Assembly: GCA_044230315.1 (NCBI GenBank) | Contig: JBGARJ010000016.1 | Location: forward strand, 14,271-78,270 | Length of the DNA: 64,000 nt | Source: Saprospiraceae bacterium | Lineage (GTDB): Bacteria; Bacteroidota; Bacteroidia; Chitinophagales; Saprospiraceae | Direction of reading: 5' to 3' | Shown: piece by piece, positions 34,062-43,278 of the stretch | Numbering within the stretch: position 1 is the first letter of the stretch | Layout of the letters: every line of letters starts with the position of its first letter | Translations under genes and position numbers: made by a program | The notes under the pieces: model-generated | The model's database searches: none | What the model saw: only the letters and a program-made list of their open reading frames with translations | Told to the model about the DNA's origin: nothing

Positions 34062-36311
34062 TTATTTCACCTGAAGGGCTTGTTTTAACGCCGAAAGATT
34101 CGCTTTGACCTCGGGCCGGTAAAAGGATTCCAGGATGTCCCGTTTTTCCCGTTTGCTCAGGTGCAGGCTCATAGAAGCTTCGTTTTCTTTTTTCAACGGC
34201 TGGTAAATAAAACGGATGACTTGCAGCCGGTTGTCGCCCAACACATCGCTGAGGAGCGACAAGGCATTATCCTGGTCAAAATCTTGCATGGCCGTCAGGC
34301 TCGCCGCTGCGCGGAAAGGCGTGAACAGATTTTCGATGATGCCTTTATAATCGCCTTCCTTGATCCGGTCTATCTTTTCCCAACAGCGCACCTGTACAAT
34401 GACGACGCCGCCCGTGTTTTCCACGATCCAATCGCGGAAGATATGGGCAAAGCGCACCGCCGTCATGATGCCATAGTTGTCGCGAAAACCCGCATCCATG
34501 GCTTCAACCGAGGGTTGTGTGGGCAGCCAGGTGGGCGGCAGGATAAGCGGATAGGTGCAATTCATGCGCAGGGCCGTGGTAAAGGCGAGGCTGTCGGGCT
34601 GCTGGTTTTTAAAAAGCCGGCGAAAATCCACACCGTCCACTTCGGGACCGATGGCATGGTGGGTGTTATCAGGGGGGCGCATGAGGTACGACACGCCTTG
34701 TGGGCTGATCAGCAGCCGGCGGGCGTCGCTCAGCACAAACGGCGAGATCACCAGCATCGGAATTTGCGCATCGGCCTCTGGCCGGCGGTAATCGGCCAGG
34801 CGTTTGTCGAGCATGCCCCGGCAGTTTTCATTTAACTGGCGTTCCAGGAGGTAACCGCGGTCTTTTCGGTACGAAAAATTGCCCGATTTAAAGGTGGACA
34901 CCGGGAAGAACAGGTCGTTGGAAATAATGGCAAAACTGACCGGATTGAGCAGGTCCAGACCGGTATCGTCGATGTATTCCGGGTCATGCACCGATATCTG
35001 GGCCCCCTGCAATTGCCGCAGGTACAATTCACGCAGATAGGCTGCGCCGAGTATGCCCCCGGAAGCGCCGCTGATGAGCACGGTTTGGCGCAGCAGGCGC
35101 CCGTCGGTTTCTTCATCGGCGCGTTGGAGGGTTTGCATGGTCCACAGGGAAGAGCGCATACCGCCGCCGCTGACGCAAAGGAATACCAGTTTGGGCTTGT
35201 CCACGCCGGCCGCCCGGTTTTTAGCCAACCACCGGTTCAGCATCTGAAGGGTGCTGTCTTTGTCGCCGGCAATCGTAGGCGCGTCGCAGATCTGCTCCAT
35301 AGCCCGGTAGGTGTAGGCTGCGCGGTGGTCGGGTTGGTAGTCGAGGCCGTAAGCGCGGTTGCGATAGTGGAAAAAACCCAGGCCCGTTGTGAAATTAACA
35401 GCGATCATCAGCGCGATGAACACCAGCGTACCCCAATGCCGGAACCAGAACACGATGGCCCCAAACAGGGCCATTGCCATGCTGGCCAGCAGGAAGATCG
35501 TGGCCCCGGTAGGAATACGCGCCCATTTTTTATCCATGTACAACCCCAGTATCATCAGGATCAGCACGGCAATGATCTGCACCACTACGGCATTCAGGTG
35601 ATTTTGCCGGAATACCCGGCCGAGGATCTCGGGGTTATAGTGCGACACGCTGCGCACCGGCCGCATGCGCAGCCGTTCGGTCAGGTAGGTGTCGACCCGC
35701 CAACGCGTAGCGCCGGCGCGAATTTCCCACAGGGTGGGCAGGCGGTACCCCGGCGCCAGCAATCGCCCACCCGGCCGGGGCACAAACTGGCCCGGACGCA
35801 AAAAAGCGGCGATGTCTTTATTGGTCAGTTGTAAATAAGCCGCCACGGCGACGATCATGGCCAACAGGCCGATCAGAAAACCGGCGATATTTTTGGTGAT
35901 CGACCAGGCATCGGTCAATTCATCGTACCACTGAAAATAGGTGCTGGCTGCCAGGAAGGTGATCAAAAAAGCCAGCGGAATGAGACTGTTGTTGAGCCCG
36001 AATTTGGTAAAAGGCGCTTTGAGGGTGGCTAAAAACGGAAACCGGTGGGCGCTGAGCAGGTAAGTCGTCAGGTTCCAGATCAGGAAAAACGCGCCGCAGG
36101 CCGAGCCCGTCAGGAAAAAACTCCAAAAGTTCACGTCACCCTGATATTCGGGGGTGAGCAAGAGATAATAAATTCCGAAGAAACGCCCGATGGCGCCGGT
36201 CATCAGCAAGGCCAAAAATAACCACAGCCCGATGAGCATCAGGTGATTACGAAAATGCAAGACCAGCAATCGTATCGGAAAAGAATAATATAACGAGCGG
36301 CGTCGCGACAT
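34062..36311 (-). CDS. patatin-like phospholipase fused to an N-terminal polytopic membrane domain
   Basis: Oxyanion motif CVSGGGMRS, nucleophile elbow GASGG, and DAGFRDNYG (catalytic Asp). The first roughly 330 aa contain about 8 hydrophobic segments. Confidence 0.85.
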   Translation of the reverse strand: MSRRRSLYYSFPIRLLVLHFRNHLMLIGLWLFLALLMTGAIGRFFGIYYLLLTPEYQGDVNFWSFFLTGSACGAFFLIWNLTTYLLSAHRFPFLATLKAPFTKFGLNNSLIPLAFLITFLAASTYFQWYDELTDAWSITKNIAGFLIGLLAMIVAVAAYLQLTNKDIAAFLRPGQFVPRPGGRLLAPGYRLPTLWEIRAGATRWRVDTYLTERLRMRPVRSVSHYNPEILGRVFRQNHLNAVVVQIIAVLILMILGLYMDKKWARIPTGATIFLLASMAMALFGAIVFWFRHWGTLVFIALMIAVNFTTGLGFFHYRNRAYGLDYQPDHRAAYTYRAMEQICDAPTIAGDKDSTLQMLNRWLAKNRAAGVDKPKLVFLCVSGGGMRSSLWTMQTLQRADEETDGRLLRQTVLISGASGGILGAAYLRELYLRQLQGAQISVHDPEYIDDTGLDLLNPVSFAIISNDLFFPVSTFKSGNFSYRKDRGYLLERQLNENCRGMLDKRLADYRRPEADAQIPMLVISPFVLSDARRLLISPQGVSYLMRPPDNTHHAIGPEVDGVDFRRLFKNQQPDSLAFTTALRMNCTYPLILPPTWLPTQPSVEAMDAGFRDNYGIMTAVRFAHIFRDWIVENTGGVVIVQVRCWEKIDRIKEGDYKGIIENLFTPFRAAASLTAMQDFDQDNALSLLSDVLGDNRLQVIRFIYQPLKKENEASMSLHLSKREKRDILESFYRPEVKANLSALKQALQVK

Positions 36312-36557
36312 AACAATACAGCTGCAAATGTTAACGCATCAAGGGCGGTTTTGCATACCAAAATGGTAAAAAAAACTTGTCCACTGCGCCGGCAAATTTT
36401 CAGTACGGGTTAATGTAGTTTAAAGATGCGTTGAGAAATATTAAAAACCCGGTATTGTTTGCTGTTAGCAAGAGCGTAGATGGCAGCATTTTGTTCAAAA
36501 TCAAACCGTAACGCCTTTAGGAGCACCCCTGTCAAGTATACGCACGAGGCTTAAATA

Positions 36558-36626
36558 TGAGGTGGTTTAATTAACCCGGATACAAAAGTAAGCCACTTTT
36601 GTATCCGGGTTAATTAAACCACCTCA
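36558..36626. repeat. perfect 32-bp-arm palindrome with a 5-nt loop
   Basis: TGAGGTGGTTTAATTAACCCGGATACAAAAGT (36558-36589), AAGCC, ACTTTTGTATCCGGGTTAATTAAACCACCTCA (36595-36626). Confidence 0.95.
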
Positions 36627-36718
36627 CAAGCAGGACGTTATCAAGGGGTCTAATGCGGGTGCAGGATTATCGCTTACCCTAAACCGTTATTTTACGACGG
36701 GATTCAAAACATTTGCCG

Positions 36719-39175
36719 TTACCGCACCACCAGCACGCTCCCCGTCTGTGTCGTCCCCTCGCCCTCTGGCATCCATTGCCAAAGCAACAACCCCGGCGGC
36801 ACGCCGGCTACATCGACCCGGTGCTGACTCTGGCCTTGAAGTTGTAGTTCCGCAACCACCCGCCCGTCCACTTGTACGAGACTCAGCCACCCGCCGGCGT
36901 TACTGCGGTTGACGATGGTAAGCTGATCGGAGGCGGGGTTGGGGAACAGGGACAAATCAACCAATACTTCGGTATTTTCCACGGCAACCGCTTGTGGGTC
37001 AAAAACTATCAAATCGCCGCTTGGGTAGGCGCCGTTGGTGTGGTCGAAATCCAGGTATTTAATGTAGGTATCCGAAGCCGGGTCGTATTCAAAAAGCACG
37101 CCAGCACCAGCTGCCCCACCGTTGAGCGTCATCCCATACAATTTACCGTTGTATGCTGTCAGGCTGCCAATGGGAAGGGTGCCGTCATAGCGGTTGAAAT
37201 CCTTTTTCTTGAGGTATGTACTCGTGACTGGGTCGTATTCGAAGAGCACTCCATTTCCGCTTGCCCCGCCAGCATTTGTCATGCCATACAACTTGCCGTT
37301 GTACCCGGTCAGGCTGCCGTAGGGATTAGCGCCATTGCCTGACGTATGGTCGAAATGCTTTTTTACAGCATAGGCATTTGTGCCGGGATCGTATTCAAAA
37401 AGAACACCACCAGCCTTATTGATGGTCATGCCGTACAACTTGCCGTTGCACCCGGTCAGGCTGCCTTTCGGATTGGCGCCAATGGCTGAATCAAAATCCT
37501 TTTTCTTGGTGTAAACATTGGCCAGCGGGTCATATTCGAAAATGACGCCTTGATTGTATATCCCACCGTTGATGGTCATCCCGTAGAACGTACCGTTGTA
37601 CACGGTCAAGCTGCCGTAAGGATTGCTTCCTTCGGTTGCACCGAAATTCTTTTTCTTGGAGTAGGTATTGGTCAACGGGTTGTACTCGAAAATCACCCCG
37701 GCATTATTTGCACCCCCTTCGCTGGTCATCCCATACAGTTTGCCGTTGAATTCGGTTAGATTGCCGTTGGGGAAGGCGCCGTCATACCCGTTGAAATCCT
37801 TTTTCACCGTGTACGTATTGGTCGAAGCATTATAGTCGAAGATTGTGCCCTTATTGGATAGGCCACCGGAGACGGTCATCCCGTACAACCTGCCATTAAA
37901 GTTGGTGAGACTGCCTTGAGGCGCACTCCCCTGGTCTTCATTGAAATCCCTTTTTTTGGTGTAGATATTGGCAGCCGGGACATATTCGAAGATTACGCCC
38001 TGATTGGCTGCCCCGCCCGTATTTGTCATCCCGTACAGTTTGCCGTTGTATTCGGTCAGGCTGCCGTGGGGATTGCCGCCATTATTCTTGTCGAAATCGG
38101 TCTTCTTGACATATTTATTGGTTGCCGGGTCGTATTCGAATAGTACGCCTGCACCAAAAGCCCCACTGAAAGTTGTCATTCCATACAGTTTTCCATTGAA
38201 TTCGGTCAGACTGCCGTACGGATAGGTGCCATCGTTTTCATTGAACTCTTTTTGCTTGGTGTAAACATCCGTTTTTGGGTTGTATTCGAATAGTACGCCC
38301 AAGTCGGCTGTCCCACCCCCGCTTGTCAAGCCGTACAGTTTGCCGTTGTATTCGGTCAGGCTGCCGTAAGGCCATTTCCCGTCGTTTTCATTGAAGTCCT
38401 TTTTCTTGGTGTAAACATTGTTCACCGGGTCGTATTCGAAGAGTACGCCCACGTCGGCTGCCCCGCCTCCATTTGTCATACCGTATAGTTTGCCGTTGTA
38501 TTCGGTCAGGCTGCCGTAAGAAAGCGCCCCGTCGAGGTAATAGTCGAAAACCTTTTTAGCCTCGAAGACATCGCTGACCGGGTCGTATTCGAAAAGACTG
38601 TTCACACCGCCCCAAAACATGTCACCACTTGTCAGGCCGTACAGTTTGCCGTTGTATGCGGTCAGGCTGCCGAATGGGATACCGGTTGCCAGGTCAAAAT
38701 CTTTTTTCTTGGTATAGACATTGGTGGCCGGGTCATATTCGAAAAGAACACCGCCGCCCCTAATGTCTGCCCCGCCATAACTGGTTGTACCATATAGCTT
38801 GCCATTGAGCTCGGTCAGGGTGCCAAAAGGATTGGCGCCATCATACCAGTTGAAATCCTTTTTCTTGGTGTACGCATTGCTGGCAGGGTCGTATTCAAAG
38901 AGCACGCCTGCATCAAATTGCCCGCCCCTCGAAGTCATGCCATACAGATTGCCATTGGCCGCTTTTGTCAGGGCGCCATATTCAGGAAAAGCCCCCGAGG
39001 TTGGCGTGCTGAATCCGTGCAGCAGCGCATAGCCACTACCGTCCGGGTTGATTTTGAAAATAGTGCCCAATCCATCTGCCCCACCCGCAGGCGTCATACC
39101 GAACAAAGCAGCTTGTGCAAAGCCCGCTTGAAGTGCCATCAGCGCCATTGCTATTGATAGAATTAACTTTTTCAT
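36719..39175 (-). CDS. T9SS-sorted protein built from about 14 tandem GloVer-type (roughly 48-aa) repeats
   Basis: Signal peptide MKKLILSIAMALMALQAGFAQA. Repeat unit: NGKLYGMT-GGG----GVLFEYDP--N-YTKKKDF---DG--PYGSLTEY. Por-type tail: LFPNPASDQLTIVNR... Confidence 0.85.
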   Translation of the reverse strand: MKKLILSIAMALMALQAGFAQAALFGMTPAGGADGLGTIFKINPDGSGYALLHGFSTPTSGAFPEYGALTKAANGNLYGMTSRGGQFDAGVLFEYDPASNAYTKKKDFNWYDGANPFGTLTELNGKLYGTTSYGGADIRGGGVLFEYDPATNVYTKKKDFDLATGIPFGSLTAYNGKLYGLTSGDMFWGGVNSLFEYDPVSDVFEAKKVFDYYLDGALSYGSLTEYNGKLYGMTNGGGAADVGVLFEYDPVNNVYTKKKDFNENDGKWPYGSLTEYNGKLYGLTSGGGTADLGVLFEYNPKTDVYTKQKEFNENDGTYPYGSLTEFNGKLYGMTTFSGAFGAGVLFEYDPATNKYVKKTDFDKNNGGNPHGSLTEYNGKLYGMTNTGGAANQGVIFEYVPAANIYTKKRDFNEDQGSAPQGSLTNFNGRLYGMTVSGGLSNKGTIFDYNASTNTYTVKKDFNGYDGAFPNGNLTEFNGKLYGMTSEGGANNAGVIFEYNPLTNTYSKKKNFGATEGSNPYGSLTVYNGTFYGMTINGGIYNQGVIFEYDPLANVYTKKKDFDSAIGANPKGSLTGCNGKLYGMTINKAGGVLFEYDPGTNAYAVKKHFDHTSGNGANPYGSLTGYNGKLYGMTNAGGASGNGVLFEYDPVTSTYLKKKDFNRYDGTLPIGSLTAYNGKLYGMTLNGGAAGAGVLFEYDPASDTYIKYLDFDHTNGAYPSGDLIVFDPQAVAVENTEVLVDLSLFPNPASDQLTIVNRSNAGGWLSLVQVDGRVVAELQLQGQSQHRVDVAGVPPGLLLWQWMPEGEGTTQTGSVLVVR

Positions 39176-39283
39176 TTGAGTCAGTTTTAATTGCCCAAAG
39201 CGTCATAAATAAATGCCGCATTCAAAAATCGATTTGCCGGATCAATACCGGCAAGGAAATCATTTTCCCGCCGGGTATACATC

Positions 39284-39436
39284 AACATAGTCCGGTAGGT
39301 TTTTTGTAAATCATTGAAAATGAAGCATGGTACATGTTGTTGGCGAGGGCGCCAACAACGGCATTAAGGCTTGATTTTCAACGAAATACCGCTGTTGGCG
39401 TCCTCGCCAACAGCAAAATGTACCGAACTATTGCAT
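39284..39436 (+). repeat. dispersed structured repeat, copy A (about 150 bp)
   Basis: The core has two 10-bp-stem hairpins, GTTGTTGGCG-AGGG-CGCCAACAAC and GCTGTTGGCG-TCCT-CGCCAACAGC. The flanks AGTCCGGTAGGTTTTTT...TTGAAAA and CAAAATGTACCG..CTATTG are shared with copies B and C. Confidence 0.85.
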
Positions 39437-39501
39437 CAGGCAACGGCCTGAAGAACGAATCCTTCAAGGCCGTTTGCCTGCGGTTATTAAACCTGCAACT
39501 G

Positions 39502-40815
39502 TTATTTGCGCATGACCACCCACTTTTGGGCGATGGGAGCAAGGTTGTCGCTGTTCAATATACAGAAATAGATGCCCGCTTCCAGCCCGGCCCCGTCAAA
39601 CGGGATATGGTACTCCCCGGCGCCATACCGGCCGCTCACCGGCGTGGAGATCCGGTGGCCGGCAGCGTCGAAGACGGAGATCATAATATCCGCAGGCTTC
39701 CTTACCATGAAGGACAGCTCGGTACCTTGGCCGAACGGGTTCGGGATGTTGGGCAGCAGCGCGACGGGGGTTTCCAGGGAGGAGGGGGTAAATTCGCGGG
39801 TGGCAACAATTAAATCCAGTCTATTGGTCGTGGAAAGCACCGTAGCACCCGGAGGCGCCCCTGAATTTCCGCCCATTATATAAATATTGTTTTCGAAGCT
39901 TACACAACCGAAGGCCCTCCGGTCGTATTGCAGATCACAAATATACTCTGAGGTGTCACCCGCTATAGCCGGGGCAAGTCCCTCCACACTCATTTCAGTG
40001 CTGGAAAGAGAGGCAATGCCTCCCAGCGAAACAATAACGGTATCAACTAAATCAACTACTAAAACAGCACTTCCATGGCCCATCCTTCCATGTAATAAGG
40101 ATTGTGCAGGACCCCAACCCGCGGCCGGGTTGTCGAGATCAAACACTTCTACGGAATTAAGCCCTGTAGAGAAGGATTGGGTCCCTCCCATGACGTAGAT
40201 CTTGTTTCCGACAACCACACTCGTGTGGGCTGCTCTCTTCGAGATCAAATTGTGCCCAGATGGGGTCCATTGCTTTGTCAAGGTGTCATAGACCTCCACC
40301 GTGTTCAAAACCGCTCCCGAGTAATCAATTCCGCCAATGACAAATATTTTTCCATCGGCAACGCACGCTGACATGAAAGCCCGCGGGGAGGTCAGAGAGG
40401 CAATGTTGGTTGAGTCAAATCCCGTATCCGGATAGAACCGGTACACTTTTGAAGTCGGCGCGCCTCCATACTCTTTTGCCCCTCCGATAATGTAGATCGC
40501 TTCGCCGAGTTCCACGGCAGCCATCTCACACAAGGGTTGCGGAAGCGTGTAGGGTAATACGGTCCAGGTATCGGAAGCAATATCGTATTCCTCGATTTGA
40601 TTGATAGCCTGGGAAGGACCCGTTAGCCCCCCGAACACATAGATCTTTCCATTTGCCGTAGCGACGGCGGGGAAATAGGCTCGAAACTGATTCATGGAGT
40701 CCAGGTCAACCCATTCGTGTTTTGGCGGTGCCCATAAGGACTGCGTCCGGCCTAGGATCGGGGCCAGGAGAAAAGCCAGGCAAATGAGAAATGGTAGCAA
40801 TGTTGCAGGTTTCAT
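39502..40815 (-). CDS. Kelch-repeat beta-propeller protein with T9SS/FlgD-Ig-like C-terminal domain
   Basis: Signal peptide. Kelch signatures: KIYVFGG, AIYIIGG, KIFVIGG, KIYVMGG, NIYIMGG. C-terminus: PNIPNPFGQGTELSF...GIYFCIL. Confidence 0.85.
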   Translation of the reverse strand: MKPATLLPFLICLAFLLAPILGRTQSLWAPPKHEWVDLDSMNQFRAYFPAVATANGKIYVFGGLTGPSQAINQIEEYDIASDTWTVLPYTLPQPLCEMAAVELGEAIYIIGGAKEYGGAPTSKVYRFYPDTGFDSTNIASLTSPRAFMSACVADGKIFVIGGIDYSGAVLNTVEVYDTLTKQWTPSGHNLISKRAAHTSVVVGNKIYVMGGTQSFSTGLNSVEVFDLDNPAAGWGPAQSLLHGRMGHGSAVLVVDLVDTVIVSLGGIASLSSTEMSVEGLAPAIAGDTSEYICDLQYDRRAFGCVSFENNIYIMGGNSGAPPGATVLSTTNRLDLIVATREFTPSSLETPVALLPNIPNPFGQGTELSFMVRKPADIMISVFDAAGHRISTPVSGRYGAGEYHIPFDGAGLEAGIYFCILNSDNLAPIAQKWVVMRK

Positions 40816-40988
40816 AATGCCAAAATTTTGGTGGCGAGAAAATTAATTTATCCCCCCAAAATTGGATGCGCCTGCATTTCATTTCTGGTACTGCTGTTTC
40901 AAATCCTTGGACGGGTGTTTCATGGCAACCGCCGCAGGCAGCTAAATTGGTCTCAATACGTGGCGACCGGCCCCAGACTGGTCACCCT

Positions 40989-43232
40989 TTAATCTTTTTT
41001 GCGCAACATCGAAGGCGCCACCCCGAATTCCCTGGTAAAAGCCCGGGTAAAATAGGCGGGGTCTTTGAAGCCGACCTCAAAGGCGATCTCCGAGATGTTG
41101 AGGTCGGTAGTAGACAGCATTTCTTTTGCTTTGTTGAGCCGGAAAATACGCAGGAACTGGGATGCGGAGAGACCGGTGAGCGCTTTTAGCTTACGGAATA
41201 GCTGCACCCGGCTGATGCCAAGCGTTTGACAGAGGTGGCCCGAATCAAATGCTTCATCGCCTGAATAGGCTTCCATTGCATTTTTAAGCTTGCTGAAAAA
41301 TTCCTCATCCGGGCCGGAAGGAGCGATCTCAGGGGCAACAGACAGGGACATGGCGCGGTATTTTTCGCGAAGGTGATCGCGCAGTTCGATCAGTTTGCGG
41401 ATGCGGGTGCTGAGCTCCCTGCTGTTAAAGGGTTTGGTCAGGTAAGCATCCGCCCCTTGCTCCAGGCCGCTGATGGCCGATTCCATATCGGCCTTGGCCG
41501 TGAGCATGATGATCGGGATATGGCAGGTGCGAAAGTCGTTTTTGAGGGTGCGGCACAATTCAAATCCGTCCTTGCGGGGCATCATCACATCGGTGATGAT
41601 GAGGTCGGGTACATCCTCCACGGCCATGTCGATGCCTTCCTGGCCGTCGACCGCCACCCCGATCTGGTAATCCTCTTCCAGAATGGCGCGGAGGTATTGT
41701 ACCACGCCGGAATTATCCTCCACGACAAGGATTCGCGGATGTCCGTTTTTAAAAAGCCTGGAATATGCGACGGCCTCGTCATCATCGCCTTCGGAAAACA
41801 GGTCCTCCTCGTGGGTGTCGAGCGGAACGGCCACCGCGGCCGGGGCCGGTGGAGCCTGATTGCAGAGCGGCAGGTAAACGCGAAACTCGGTCCCCTCTCC
41901 CAAAGCGCTCTTCACATACAGGTCGCCTTCCAATAACCGGACCAGTTCCTTGACCACCGACAGGCCAATACCGCTTCCTTCCGTATGATAGCTAAGGCCT
42001 TCATTTTCCTTTTGTCGGGCCTGGTAGAACCGGTCAAATATCCGGTTCAGTTCCCCTGTGGAAATACCCTTTCCGTTGTCCTTTACCCGCAAACACCAAC
42101 TCCTCCCTTCCCATTTTCGCCCGAAAAGGGAAAACCACGAAGTCTCTTCCAACGGGTTGTTTTCGGCCGCAGACACCGACACGTGGATCTCGCTTCGTTC
42201 GGGCGAATATTTGACCGCATTGGACAACAGGTTGCCCAGCAGGGACTCCAGTTTTTCCGGGTCAAAGTCCAGTTCAAGGTGATCCGGGCAGTCCTCCAGC
42301 CGGACGCAGCTTTTTTTTTCTTTCGCCAGGCGTTGGAATGGTTCCACGACATATTGAATATAGGGAATGACATCCCCGTGGATGAAACGGACCGGCATGG
42401 CGCCGGCCTCGAGCTTCGAGAGGTCGAGCATCTGGTTGACCAGTTGCAGCAGCCGGTTCCCGTTTTGCCGGATCAGGCTGAGGCCGCTTCGGAAGTGGTC
42501 GCCGGGCTTCGCCTGGATTTGGTCGGCCATACCCAGTATGACCGTCAGCGGAGTGCGGAATTCATGGGTAATGTTGGTGTAAAAACGGGCCTTCATGGCT
42601 GCCAATTCCCGGATCCGCTCTTTCTCCGCCTCCTTGATTTTTGCATTTTGATTGATGGAATACCGGAGCATTAAAAACACGGCAAGCGTTATGACAAGGA
42701 AAAATCCGGAAAAAATGACGACCGCATCTTCAGAAGATAAATCGGGGTCGGGCGTCAGGTAGGGTTGAAGGAGGATTTCCGCCACCACCGTCAACATAAA
42801 AAATACCTGGAAGTGGGTGGCCCATTTCCGGTTCTTCTGAAGCAGTAAGAAGTAGATCGGACCACCCCCCCAGCCGACGAATACAAGGCCCGCGGAAGCG
42901 ACGACCCCACCCTGGATGCACACGGTTACAAAGGAAAAAAGAATGTGAAAAATGGCGGTGGCGAACACAAACCATTCAATTCCCCTGCGTAGCCGCAAAA
43001 AAAGGATGGTGAGCAAAGTGAAATAGCTGAAATAAACCGATTGAAAGAGGAACATGTTTTTCAATCCCATTTGAAACAGCCACTGAAAGGAGCTTATCGT
43101 GGAAAAAAAATTGATACCGACAACCGTCACCAACCAGATCTTCTTAATCACCATGGTTTCTTCATCGTCGCCCTTGAATGCCACAATATGAGTGAGCCAG
43201 GTATTGGCTTTTTGAATAAAGGAAATTGCCAT
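40989..43232 (-). CDS. hybrid sensor histidine kinase / response regulator with C-terminal AraC-type HTH and a membrane-embedded N-terminal sensor
   Basis: About 6 TM segments. HisKA: ITHEFRTPLTVILG. HATPase: DNGKGIS...GSGIGLSVVKE. REC: ILVVEDN...DLIITDVMMPRKDG. AraC HTH: ISEIAFEVGFKDPAYFTRAFTREFG. Confidence 0.9.
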   Translation of the reverse strand: MAISFIQKANTWLTHIVAFKGDDEETMVIKKIWLVTVVGINFFSTISSFQWLFQMGLKNMFLFQSVYFSYFTLLTILFLRLRRGIEWFVFATAIFHILFSFVTVCIQGGVVASAGLVFVGWGGGPIYFLLLQKNRKWATHFQVFFMLTVVAEILLQPYLTPDPDLSSEDAVVIFSGFFLVITLAVFLMLRYSINQNAKIKEAEKERIRELAAMKARFYTNITHEFRTPLTVILGMADQIQAKPGDHFRSGLSLIRQNGNRLLQLVNQMLDLSKLEAGAMPVRFIHGDVIPYIQYVVEPFQRLAKEKKSCVRLEDCPDHLELDFDPEKLESLLGNLLSNAVKYSPERSEIHVSVSAAENNPLEETSWFSLFGRKWEGRSWCLRVKDNGKGISTGELNRIFDRFYQARQKENEGLSYHTEGSGIGLSVVKELVRLLEGDLYVKSALGEGTEFRVYLPLCNQAPPAPAAVAVPLDTHEEDLFSEGDDDEAVAYSRLFKNGHPRILVVEDNSGVVQYLRAILEEDYQIGVAVDGQEGIDMAVEDVPDLIITDVMMPRKDGFELCRTLKNDFRTCHIPIIMLTAKADMESAISGLEQGADAYLTKPFNSRELSTRIRKLIELRDHLREKYRAMSLSVAPEIAPSGPDEEFFSKLKNAMEAYSGDEAFDSGHLCQTLGISRVQLFRKLKALTGLSASQFLRIFRLNKAKEMLSTTDLNISEIAFEVGFKDPAYFTRAFTREFGVAPSMLRKKD

Positions 43233-43278
43233 GGCGGGAAGGTTTTATCGTTTTATAAAGATATCAAGTATGGTATCA

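Noticed and set aside
34062-36311. The patatin gene considered as the effector of a CBASS-like or other defence system.
   Set aside because: No cyclase, sensor NTPase, TIR or other defence partner is adjacent. The neighbours are a convergent MtfA-like gene and a T9SS cargo gene.
39334-39813. ORFs 39334..39813 and 43041..43463, which share the peptide LLARAP--ALRLDFQRN, considered as a small protein family.
   Set aside because: The shared peptide is just the translation of the dispersed DNA repeat. The third copy is inverted, and the ORFs otherwise run antisense into real genes.
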